A program made the translations under genes and the position numbers. This document shows, one piece after another, positions 21,898-33,000 of a stretch of 33,000 bases of DNA. This DNA comes from Octopus sinensis. Taxonomy: Eukaryota. The notes beneath the pieces were generated by a model that was given only the letters and a program-made list of their open reading frames with translations, did not search any database and was not told where the DNA came from. Each line of letters opens with the position of its first letter. Position 1 is the stretch's first letter. The stretch lies in contig NC_043011.1 of the NCBI RefSeq assembly GCF_006345805.1, positions 58,261,464 to 58,294,463 on the forward strand, in the 5' to 3' direction.

Positions 21898-22039
21898 TGG
21901 GTACTTTATAGTTGTCTTAGCGCTTGGTTTATTGCACCTGTATACTCCTATTTGCCCGAATAATTGGATAGTATTATACTACAACGCCATAACCAATTAG
22001 ATTACGATGCTAAATAGTGTAAATTAGATGATGACTTTC

Positions 22040-22135
22040 AAGTGTCATGCTCAAGAAAACATCATACATCCCGGTCCAGGAATCGAACTCACTACCTTAT
22101 GATAGTGTGTCCGACGCTCTAGCCACTTCACTATG
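22040..22135 (-). mobile_element. SINE family 3, diverged 5' fragment
   Basis: TGCTCAAG...CAGGAATCGAACTCACTACCTTA...GCTCTAGCCACT parallels 19545-19630. Confidence 0.65.
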
Positions 22136-24593
22136 ACTATGTAGCCAATATTCCAATACACTAAACTCTCCATAATCTAACAATTTGTCCATTCATTGTA
22201 CCATAAATAATGACTTACGTTGATACGGAATTGCATCAGTCATGTTAAATTATTTTCCACTCGTTGGCATAAGCGACGTTTCACGCCCATATTTTAATGC
22301 CAACTTTACCCGAATCTGGAAGAAGAAATGTGTGTGGGACAAAGTATCTAGGTGCTTATCATTCCCATGAGATTAAATAGAATCTTCCATTTATTCGAAG
22401 CCCTATTTCAACGTTTACTCAAAGTATTGAGAAAAGTCTTTCACCAAGACAAAGTAATTTTATTTCGCGTTATACTAGTTTTTTTTCGGTTATGCATATA
22501 TAACTGTTTGCCAAATTACCAGACAGTAACAGCTAACTGCCGGTCCTCACATATATTGAATATTAAACATATTGTTGATGTGCAAGCATAGCATATTGAA
22601 TCAAATGTCTTATTTAATAATGACTCTTGATAAAACTATAAAACAGTATTTGCCTTCAGTTAATGGCTTATTAATCTGGAGTCAAATAATTCATTATTAG
22701 AAAACATATAGAGATTTGATTCCATCTCAGAGAAATATCTGCTTCTGGAAAAATCACATGAAGGTAAATATAAGAAAATAGTTACCATGAAGAACTATGG
22801 AAACTATAATATAGATATGAATATTTGAGATCAACATATTAGGAATTACGAAGGAATAAATTCCATTTTATGTAAATATTGTAATCGTTGGTGAATGTGA
22901 AGTTTTGTGGTAAGACCCAAGAATTTAAGGAGAGAGAAGTGATTATCTACAAGAATACCATAATTTGGTTGTTGAAAGAGTAATTTTTTTTTTTTTTTGT
23001 CGTCTAGTTAACTGCTTCCTTCACACATCAGGTGCTCACAGCAATATTTATATAGTTATGTCTCTGTTATATGATATGAGGACCAAGCGATTGTAGTTGA
23101 AACGGATGAAAGAAACGTAAACTTATTTCTCAAAATATACACTTCACTGGGTGATATGAAAGGAAGATGCTAGCAATGTTAAGTTAATGGTTGTAAAGTC
23201 AGAGACAATGTAGTCGATGTATTTGATCATGCTTTCCACCAAGCTTCAACCAAATAATTTGAAGAGATAAATGTTTCATTGCTTTTTAGTTTTATATAAA
23301 ATGCAAAGTTGGCAACGATAAAATTCATACAAGGAGCCAGCGCTAAGTATTCCATCATTAAAACAGAGCAACGATGGGTTGGATTCTGTCATTAAAACAT
23401 TTTTGTACAGAGAATACTTTGTTGTTAAACAAGAGATTCGTGTGAACTAGTCTACAATTATAATTACCCTATGTTGTGTGTAGTTCACACAATTGGTGTG
23501 TGAGATTTTTTGTCCTCAAGAAAACCGTTAACATATTCGCCATCATTAAAACAGGCCTGTGGTGTATGCTGTCTATCATTACAACACATCAACAGACGGT
23601 TTTATTCTAGAATTAAAACAGCTCTTCTGCATCACCTCTTCTATCACTTGGCTTCAATGAACGCAAACTTCGTCTCAACGATATACACCATAAATTCGCA
23701 AATTGGTGGAGTCATTGAGGTTTCGTATAGAAAAACTTCTGTTTATGGTTCGGAATCACTACCGAGTAGTTTTAAATATCACTAAGATAATCTTTGCCCT
23801 CGATGTTTTAGGATCAATAAAACCGTGTCAATCCACGGCGTCGGGTTGGTGGATTGGCACATTGAAAGAACATCGGAGTGAATGCTTTGCGGTAGTTGTT
23901 CCAGTGTTCTGAGATCAAATCCCATTTTGCTCTACATGCATTGTAGTCTTAATCCGTCACCTTGTTTAAGAGAACCAGCATGTAGGCGAAGAATTTGTAT
24001 TAAAGTGTTTTTAGTCCACTCTCTCGCAGATATAAGAATTAGATCCTCGGTTTAAGGATCCTCGGTTTCCTCGTTCCTTCCACCTATTTGGCTGAAACCG
24101 TAAAGATGCTTCCTCGGTAAACATGCGATATTCCTGCAGTTGGGAATCGCTAAGGTTACCTTCAGACACACGTAAACACACACACACGTACACAATGTAC
24201 ACCTACACACACGCATGCATACACACGCACACGCATATACACAAACGCTTACACACACGTGCGCGCTTGTACACACACGCACATACAACCGCACACACAT
24301 CATAGTTTAGGATTCAAGTAAATCAGGTACCCAAGTGGTAAGCCACCAAGTTCGGGTCAAAGAATTAGCAATCCGGTAAAAAACAAAATTAGGGGAACAT
24401 ATACGTACATAGCGAAATATAGAAAGATTAACTTTTCAGCTGTATATACCATCACAAGCGCCCTACTGAATATACCCCGAGTCTCCAGGCTGTATATAGA
24501 ACCACACACTGCACCATTTCTACCGCGTTTAATAGAGCCACGATTATTGCAGGTTCCGAGTAAATAAAGAACAACAGATAAAAATTTGTTTTG

Positions 24594-24784
24594 TTCACTA
24601 CAGCTGTTTCAAACGAGTTTTTTTAGTTGGCTGAAGCTACCCAGGTATCATGAAGTGTCACATAATGTTGATTCCTGCAATGTTTTTTTTAAAGATGTAA
24701 ATTCGTCTGGCGAAAGCGTTTTGTTTCGCAAAATGTAATAACTCTATTCAATAACAAAATCATGTTTAAAACAGCTGTAGTGAA
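24594..24784. mobile_element. MITE-like element with 21-bp terminal inverted repeats
   Basis: TTCACTACAGCTGTTTCAAAC (24594-24614) and GTTTAAAACAGCTGTAGTGAA (24764-24784) match at 20/21. Only a 2-nt TG is repeated on both flanks. Confidence 0.5.
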
Positions 24785-24919
24785 TGAACCAATTTCCATC
24801 TGTTGTTATCTGTCGGTCTATCTCTCTCTCTCTCTCTCTCTCGGTCACTATCTCTCTTTATGAACCAATTTCCATCTGTTGTTATCTCTGTCTCTCTCTC
24901 CTCCCATAAAGTACAGGTA

Positions 24920-25090
24920 ATTTATATATACATCATTCTGTTTAACTCTGTATTTCATATTTTCTCTATAATACTTAAACATTTTCTCGCATCGTCTCTG
25001 ATGAAGGGATATATAAAATATCCCAGAAACAGCTGTAAGACCTTCTCTCTATAAATTTTCCGAAAACTATTTACAGCCTTGGATTTTTAT
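24920..25090 (+). mobile_element. Penelope-like terminal repeat fragment, family B
   Basis: Homologous to the reverse complement of 2690-2830. It contains an HHR and ends against a (TA)n array. Confidence 0.6.
24994..25041 (+). ncRNA. Minimal type I hammerhead ribozyme, PLE family B
   Basis: Stem I is GUCU(24994-97)/AGAC(25038-41) and the core is CUGAUGA. Stem II is 7 bp (GGGAUAU/AUAUCCC) with an A.A apposition at its base, followed by GAAA. Stem III is the palindromic CAGCUG, and the cleavage triplet is GUA. Confidence 0.72.
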
Positions 25091-25105
25091 CTCATTCTGT
25101 TATAT

Positions 25106-25139
<34 letters not shown>

Positions 25140-25172
25140 ATATATATATATGTATGTATGTATGTGTGTGTT

Positions 25173-25206
<34 letters not shown>

Positions 25207-26353
25207 GATAAGTATGTATAGATATAGATATGTGTGTACGTATTGAACACGGATATTGCTCAAAGTGTTGCTTTCTAGCATGATATTTGATAAGCGCATA
25301 ACTGAACTAGGCACAACTCTTAAGAGATTTAAGACAAGCACAAACATACCATGGCGACACTGAGAAGTGATTTCCTCCCAAACTATCATATTCGTATTGT
25401 TTCTTGTTCACCTAAAAGATGCGTTGCATTTTTTCGGTCTCTAATTGATAAATGTTAGCCTCCACACTCTAATATGTACACAGTTTTATTCACGATGTAA
25501 GGTTTCCAGAAACTTATTGACGTTTATGGGTTATTCGCTTGTAAGCTGATCATTTATGATATACGGATATTAGCAGTAGATTATATGAGGTGCGAAGGGT
25601 GATCTGGTTTAAAAGACAGTAAGAAATACAAGCCACTTCCGTTTACAAATAGTAGAGCCACGTATACAACGACGCCCCCCGACACTTATGCATCCGCCTC
25701 TCCATCTGTTATCCCATCCATCCATTCATCCATCCACATATCTATATGTTCTTTCATACACACATACATACACACCTTCTTACTATCTCTCTATCTTTCT
25801 TTCCCTCTCTGTCCCGCAGCCCCGCTCTCTCTCTGATACACACGCACACAGACATGTACACACGTGAGTTTCTTGTTACATACAAAGAGAAATATGTAAA
25901 CCCAGTAGTACTGAAAATTTTCTTTCCAAGATATTTATTTTCGTGTCCATTACAGATCCTACATTTAACATGAAGTTGATTCTTATGGAAAGTATATCTA
26001 ATCGTTGAATAGGATCATATCCTATCAACATGTATGGACGGATACATTTAAAGAAGTTTTCACGCGCAGACATGCCTTTGTATAAACCTTTTAAAAATTG
26101 CAAGCAATTCCCGATAAGCAATTTAACACACATTAGAATAAAAACATTGATATATCATCAAAGAAATTATTCCGAAGTATTGCTTCATATTCTAATGCAT
26201 ATTAAAGTCTATTCGCGTGATTCTAGTTCCTCTACCTCAAACTTATCTTTGAACTCCTTCGATGTTTTGAACCGCACACACATGACTTTAGAGCCATATC
26301 CTGTTGCATAGATCTATGCGAAACATCCATTTCCAGAATTACTGACTTTCTAG

Positions 26354-26395
26354 CCAGGTGGAAATTTTACATTTAATGAAGAACAGAACTGTATA
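26354..26395 (+). other. Candidate 42-nt exon
   Basis: GACTTTCTAG|CCAGGTGGAAATTTTACATTTAATGAAGAACAGAACTGTATA|GTAAGT. Phase 0 reads PGGNFTFNEEQNCI. An alternative acceptor lies 4 nt downstream. Confidence 0.25.
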
Positions 26396-27146
26396 GTAAG
26401 TTTACTAGATTGCTATAATTTTTCGTTGAAACCTTGTAGCGCTAGAATTTTTCAATGGTTTATTGGCTTCTACTGTGTCGATAAATTCCGCCCACATGAA
26501 AAGTTGAATACAGCAAAGGAGAAAAAAAATGACATAGGATTAAAATCACAGACGAAAAAGGCGCGGTAAAAAAGGAAATTAACAGGAGAAAAAATTTCAG
26601 ATTTCTGATTGATTTAGTATTTTTATCTTCTTACAAGTATATTGTTTTACTGTTAATGTTGAATAAAACCTGATTTGTATATTTTTTCCCTTACGTTTAA
26701 TGCTATTATATCAATTGCGCTGCCATTGTGTACAAGTCATGTATTATCAGTTAATAAGCGACTTAAAACGTTTCTTGTTGAATTACTTTATCTATTATTT
26801 AGTGTTATTTAAATGAGATGTGATATCAATTGTGTGGCTTCTTTACCTAAACAATATCCTAGCGTTTTCTCTCAAACATTTTTCATATTACTATATTGCT
26901 GTTCATCGTGAATTTAGTTAACACATACTAGTGTGCTATCTCTGATGCAATCTCTTTCTGTCTGTCTGTCTCTCGATCTGAGAAAACTAGATATGAGCCA
27001 AAATGTAATTTCCAGAAATTATATAATAATATCATTCTTTTACATTTTTACACTAGCTTACAGTTTATACATAGAACTCAAAACTTGACTACTTCTTCGT
27101 TTTTGGGGAACTCAAAATGAAGGGAGACAAATTGGATGTCGGTTAT

Positions 27147-27717
27147 CACATTCGAGGTATCCGTCATAGGATTCCTGACACGCAAGAAGAAACAGCCAAA
27201 ATCCAAATCACTATTAGGGATAAAACTTTGAAGGGAAAGAAAAATAAAAACATATACCGTTTATCGCCTAGACCATGGTTTCTGACTTATTTTTTAGCAA
27301 ATAAAATTTCCTAGGCGAAGTCTTCCTCAACAGGTACGCCTAGATTAAACATATAACTACGAGGCAATCCACCATGTGCCTCGTGCTTATACATTATAAT
27401 TTTTTTCGAAGTAAGGCCGGCATTATTTTATTTGCGGCTGACAAAGAACTGCGCTTCCGCGGAGGATTTGAGAAGGTATAATGTATAAACAAGGGGCACA
27501 TGTGGATTGCCTCGTACTTATATGTTTAATCTAGGTGTACCTGTTTTGAAGACCTCGCCTAGCAAATTCTTTTATTTGTTAAAGAAGTGAGAAACCATGG
27601 CCCAGGAGTAAACGTTTTTATTTTCATTCCATTCCAAGTTTTATGCATAATAGTGGTTTGGATTTTGGCTGTTCCTTCTAGCGTGCCAGGAATCCTATGA
27701 CGGATACCTCTTATGTG
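27147..27717. mobile_element. Foldback or long-TIR element with arms of about 245 bp
   Basis: 27147-27398 pairs with 27477-27717 (GAGGTATCCGTCATAGGATTCCTG / CAGGAATCCTATGACGGATACCTC, among other blocks). The arms are diverged with several indels, and the spacer is 78 bp. Confidence 0.8.
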
Positions 27718-27837
27718 TTTAAATGTACGCTGTATTTATATGAATAATATATAGTCTACTAACTAATTTTTCTACAGGCTAAGCCACTGGTAGTAAAAAT
27801 TTCTAAAATGTTTATTAACCTGATATTATTAATTATA

Positions 27838-27874
<37 letters not shown>

Positions 27875-28169
27875 ATATATATATATACATACATATACAT
27901 ATATATATGTGTGTGTGTCTGTGTATGTGTGTTTGTGTGTGTACATGCATATATATCTATATGTATGCATACATGTACATATGTATATATATTTACATAT
28001 ACATATTTATATATATATATACATGCATTCATACATATATACAAATGTGTATATATATACATATATATATATATATACATATATATGTATATATATGCAT
28101 ATATATGCATAATTGATATATGAATGTATATCTAAAACTCTCCGAGTGTGTGTGTGTGTGTATGTGTGT

Positions 28170-28213
<44 letters not shown>

Positions 28214-28870
28214 TGTGTGTGTGTTCATACACATAATTCTATTCTTGACTAAGATATTTATATATTTGTATATTCTTTATTTCGCTGAAAATACCAGCCC
28301 GACGTTTTCCCTTTTCAGTCACTGACACGGAGAGCCGCATATACACACACTGCCACAAATACACTCTAGTATCAGTACAGGATACCTTTCATACACACAC
28401 ACACACACACACACACAGATAATGTTCCACGTCTTTATTGCAGAAAACTCGTCTATCCTTGATTTAGACATTCATATATCTCTGATTTAGTTATAACATA
28501 AATAACCGTAATTGTATATCAGTCTTTCACCTGACAATAGCACTTCAGCTGTTTGTTGTCTACACAGACAACTTTCAAACCCAGACAAGAATAGCTCACA
28601 CAACGAACATACCAGTTTTATTAGATTAGGAAACAAAAGAGGAAGCCATATTCCAATATACCATGAGATGTGCATAGAAATAAATATTAAAATCATCTCA
28701 CGGTGCAGAAATTTCTCTTTCGATACATACACACCTGCTCACATAACCCCCAAAAGCTATGCATGTATGCACACACACACACATACACACGCACACACAG
28801 ACACACACACACGCATACACACACACACACGCACACCACACACACACACACACACACACACACCATTACC

Positions 28871-29295
28871 TGTTTCAGTCGTTGAACTTAGACGACGCTG
28901 GCGAAACACCATGAAAGTTTTAGTCGAATAAATCGAACTTGTGTTTCTTTATTATTGTCTCGTACGTAACCTATCATTCCCTTTTTGCCGAACGTCTAAG
29001 TTACGGGAACGAAATCAATCAAACGCCGGTTGTCAAGGTGATCGAAGACAAACACAGACATACAAATATTTATATATACACACACACACACCACACACAC
29101 ACATATATATATATTTATATATATATACATACGTCAGGCTTCTTTTAATTTACCTCTGACAAATCCACTCACAAGACTTTGGTCGGTGCCAGGCTATAGT
29201 AGAAGAGACTTGCCCAATGTGCCACGCTGTGAGACTGAATCCGGAACTGTGTGGTTGGGAACAGAGCTTCTTACCACATAGCTACACCTGCGCCT
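28871..29295 (-). mobile_element. SINE family 1, full length, diverged
   Basis: Reverse complement of the family 1 layout, with an internal CA/TA array. Confidence 0.85.
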
Positions 29296-29303
29296 GCATA
29301 TAT

Positions 29304-29349
<46 letters not shown>

Positions 29350-30469
29350 ATACACATGCATATATATATATATACATACATATATACATACATACATACA
29401 TATATACACACACACATATATATATATATTATATAAAATATCTATACTTTAGTGTTCAGTTTAAACACCTTCAAACCGTCCAACCATTGGCGAACACAAC
29501 ACTTTTCCAGTTTTGAAAATAAGCAACCCAATCAAATTCAAATGCTTCTTCATAAAATTCAATTATATCAAATCAAATATTACTTGCACCACGACAAATT
29601 TATTCCAGTCTTAATTCCAACCGTCCGACAAATGGAAACGGGAAACTCTGAGTAATTGTTTTTTTTTTGTGATGTTCTTACAGCTTTAATTAAAAAGGCA
29701 TATCACTCTACCTTCGGTATTCCAGTACTATTTCCCCCCTTTGTTTTGCATTTATGTGCTTACTCCTGTACATACATAAATGCATAATACATACGTACAT
29801 ACTTGCATCGCTGCCCAAGCATGGCCACAACTCGTGAGCTGAAACTAGATGAAATGAAAAAAATGAAATGATATATACATGCACACACACACACACACAC
29901 ACACAGAGGCACGCATATATATATATATATATAAACATATAATTCATTCAAATTACCTGAAATGTTTAGATTTGAGCACTCTATATGAATGCGCATTTCT
30001 GTCTGTCGGTCAGACACACACATACAAACACACACATGTAGGTATGTGATTGTATGTATGCGTGTGTGTGTGTGTTTCTGTGTGCCGAGGTTTATGAATA
30101 AATAAGATTTTGCATCTTTATATTATTTGCTTACTCACGTGTCTAATAGCCCGGAGAAAATCGCTGTTGCGGAAAATTTTAAACCGTCGTTCTTTTTATA
30201 ATCTATGTTTTATTGAAATACTATAAATATATATTTTAATGAAAACTAAACACAAAGAGAAAAATATTGTATAAAATAATGTAAATGACAAGTCTTCCCT
30301 CGTCTCAGTTATGGAAATAGCGCAAAGGGGCGGAAAGGTTTTCGGGAAGACTTCTGTTGACGATGTTATGCATTATGGAATTTTTGCGCTCGCTTACGAT
30401 TCGAAAGAAAAAAATATGCTCGGAATCGCAGGTAGATGCTCATATACATACATGTATGTGAGTAATTTC

Positions 30470-30815
30470 AAAGGTATGGTGGAACACAATCTTATCGTAA
30501 CTGTTGAGGAACTAGCAGAGAAGATAGTATTTGGTCATTCAACCATTCATCGACGCCTGAGTAGAGTCAATGGGTTCCTCACAAACTTTCCGAGTCAAAT
30601 CATGCGCAAAGAGTGAATGTGTGTTCTTCTTTGCTGTCGCGTCAAAACCTTTTTGGACCGAAAAGTGACTGGTGACGAGAAGTGGGTCCTCTATAAAAAT
30701 GTCGAGTACCGAAGACAGTGATTAGGAAAAGGAGAAACACCGTAGTGTTTTGTACTTTCTTTCGTGGAATATGAGAAGTTTAGTCAACTTTCAACATTGA
30801 AACCCAAACCAAGCG
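30470..30815 (+). pseudogene. Decayed mariner transposase fragment
   Basis: MVEHNLIVTVEELAEKIVFGHSTIHRRL (HTH), then QWVPHKLSESNHAQRVNVCSSLL, FLDRKVTGDEKWVLYKN and WNMRSLVNF, spread over frameshifts and deletions. The WVPHxL and TGDEKW motifs are diagnostic of mariner. Confidence 0.88.
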
Positions 30816-31094
30816 GTTTGAGCGGCTGTAGTCGATGCTAGAAGAAAACGATCACTATATATCTCTGTATATATATATATATATAGTTTGTTCACAAATT
30901 ATCTTTACGGGTTTCCAGAATTTATCAATCAAGTTCTTTGCAACCAATGAAACTCACGTGAAAGTGGTCTGCTATGTCTAACAAAACTTTAGTTAGCAAC
31001 TGTTTTCCAATAATCTATGCGTATTTCGGATATATACTTATTTTGCATCTCTTTCTGAATTTTCTAATTGTGAACGTATAGATAATCAGTATAG

Positions 31095-31149
31095 CCATAC
31101 ATACATATATACATACATAGATACATACATACATACATACATACATACA

Positions 31150-31181
<32 letters not shown>

Positions 31182-31250
31182 CACACATACATACATACAT
31201 ACACACATACATGCATACATACATACATATATACATACATACATACATGT
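31095..31250. repeat. (CATA)n microsatellite
   Basis: Direct observation. The related (TATG)n/(CATA)n array lies at 9770-10040. Confidence 0.95.
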
Positions 31251-31523
31251 GTGAGTGTGCGTGGGAATGTGTGTGTATATGTACATATGTATATGCGCCT
31301 TTATATGTATAAATATATATATATATATACCTATATACAAACATACACATACATACTCTTTATCTTATATTAAACTTTTAATACTTTTTGATAGTTATAT
31401 AATTTAAAAAAATAATAATAATAAAAACAATTATAATAATAATAATGATATTAATAATAAAATAATAGAAATATTAAAATTACTAAGTCTCCATAAAAGA
31501 GATTACGGCAGCGTTTACTGGAA

Positions 31524-31830
31524 ATTAATTGTTATCGCCATATTAATATGGCATTCTTATAAATATAAGAATAATCGCTGCCGCTGGTCAGCTCCATGAG
31601 GCCACCGCCTTAAGATAGCTATTGATACACGATCTGTATCCATTATAACGCGTCTGTAGCTGTCGGACTGGCAGTGTGAAGCAGCTGACCTCCCTTGTTC
31701 GAAGGTTATACTGGATACATATCGTGTATCAATAGCTATCTTAAGGTGGTGGCCTCATGGAGCTGACCAGCGGCAGCGATTATTCTTATATCTATAAGAA
31801 TGCCATATTAATATGGCGATAACAATTAAT
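31524..31830. mobile_element. Young foldback or MITE-like element, 126-bp arms with 55-bp spacer
   Basis: 31524-31649 pairs with 31705-31830 at 122/126 matches with no indels. Confidence 0.85.
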
Positions 31831-31974
31831 AATAAAATATATATATATATATATTTAAAATTTCTAAGTTTAAATTATTAATTTAAATAATTTTTAAAAT
31901 TTTAACTTTAATTTAAATATTTTAATTTGGAATTTTATATTTTATATTTTATATATATATTTTTAATTAATATT

Positions 31975-32118
31975 ATTTCTATGTATTGGCTTATGGTTTT
32001 CACTGTTTGATTTGCCTGATAGTGGTTTTATCTCTAATTTAATATAATATTTATTTATACTATAAAATTAGATTTAATCCTAAATCTAATTTTTCCCTGT
32101 AAGTTTGGATTTACTCCC

Positions 32119-32125
<7 letters not shown>
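31975..32125 (+). mobile_element. Penelope-like terminal repeat, family A, distal part without the HHR
   Basis: ATAGTGGTTTT.TCTCTAAT...CTATAAAATT.GATTTAATCCTAAATCT..TTTTTCCCTGTAA.TTTGGATTTA.TCCCTAATATT is the diverged reverse complement of 8790-8960. Confidence 0.7.
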
Positions 32126-32156
<31 letters not shown>

Positions 32157-32358
32157 TCCAGACACGCACAATATTCAAACGTACATATGTCTGGCACGTT
32201 CAAATGTCAGACTCTGCTCAATCCAAAAATATAAATGAAATTGGTAACTAAACATTTCAAATAGGATTTTCGTGAAATCATTTCTTATTTGTAAATACAC
32301 AAACGGCCTTCAATATTTATGGTGGTGTTCGATATTGCTATTATTTATAATATTGTGA

Positions 32359-32590
32359 AGGTGACGAACTGGCAGAACGATTAACAGGCTGGGGGAAATG
32401 TTTAGCATCATTTCCTCCGTTTTGCGTTCGGATTTCAAAGTTGTCGATGTCGAGTTTCTCTTTCATTCTTTGGGGTCGATAAAATATGCTCCAGCCAAGC
32501 ACTAGGGTCGATGCAATCGACTAACCCCTCTCGCCCGCTCCACCGCTCCCCTAAAAAATGTTCAGGCCTTGTGCCAACAGCAGAAAGTAT
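32359..32590 (+). mobile_element. SINE family 2, strongly diverged
   Basis: GGTGACGAACTGGCAGAACGATTA head, TTTCATTCTTTGGGGTCGATAAAAT body and GGCCTTGTGCCA...AGAAAG tail. Confidence 0.7.
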
Positions 32591-33000
32591 TATTTACAAT
32601 ATTGGTTTCATACTGGATTGCTGGAGCACGAAAAAAAAAAAATCTTTTAAGCGAACTCCGCAAATCCGGACCCAACAACTCGCATTCGGTTTCAACACAC
32701 CAGTAGTGATCGACCTGCGGCAGAGCCTTTTCAACTTGCATCGAACTGATTGGCTGCAGCCACACGTACCAGCCCCTGTCTTCGTCTTCCCATCAAATGC
32801 CCTCGGTCATCGTCGACAACGACGGACGAACTAATATACTTTGATACTAGTTTTTACTAAGTAAATATAAGGATTATATTACATTGCCATAATAGGCATT
32901 TATACATATATACGTATATAAATGCTCACATGTAATTGATTTTGTATAAAATCTGCTTACAAATATTAATATTAATAATATTAAAGTTACGAATAAGGTT

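Noticed and set aside
22731-22763. 33-nt plus-strand exon candidate with AAG|GTAAAT donor
   Set aside because: The pyrimidine tract is short and the frame is ambiguous. It is kept only as part of a speculative chain.
30884-31015. Mariner-like TIR (TAGTTTGTTCACAAATTATCTTTACGG after TA repeats)
   Set aside because: It only loosely resembles mariner TIRs, no partner TIR was found, and it faces away from the adjacent transposase fragment.
8315-31350. The many ORFs rich in YI, CV, HT, MYVC, poly-N or poly-L
   Set aside because: They are translations of stop-free microsatellites ((TA)n, (TG)n, (TATG)n, (AAT)n) and not genes.

Overview
AT-rich eukaryotic DNA packed with repeats, not prokaryotic. 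The tRNA-derived SINE families and abundant (TA)n/(CA)n/(TATG)n arrays resemble octopus (coleoid cephalopod) genomic DNA; this is an inference from pattern recognition. No intact protein-coding gene can be supported, and many listed ORFs are translations of microsatellites. The window holds about 20 copies or fragments of three SINE families, a 5'-truncated RTE-type LINE with an internal 80-bp triplication, and a probable Helitron 3' end. It also holds degraded maT (DD37D), mariner and Ty3/Gypsy integrase remnants, Penelope-like element (PLE) terminal repeats, and six long inverted repeats. The most interesting signal is four minimal type I hammerhead ribozyme (HHR) motifs of the PLE kind, from two families, with palindromic stem III and a GUA cleavage triplet. 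Two of them sit head-to-head on opposite strands of a perfect 161-bp-arm palindrome (8883-9209). A few isolated small-exon candidates are reported at low confidence.
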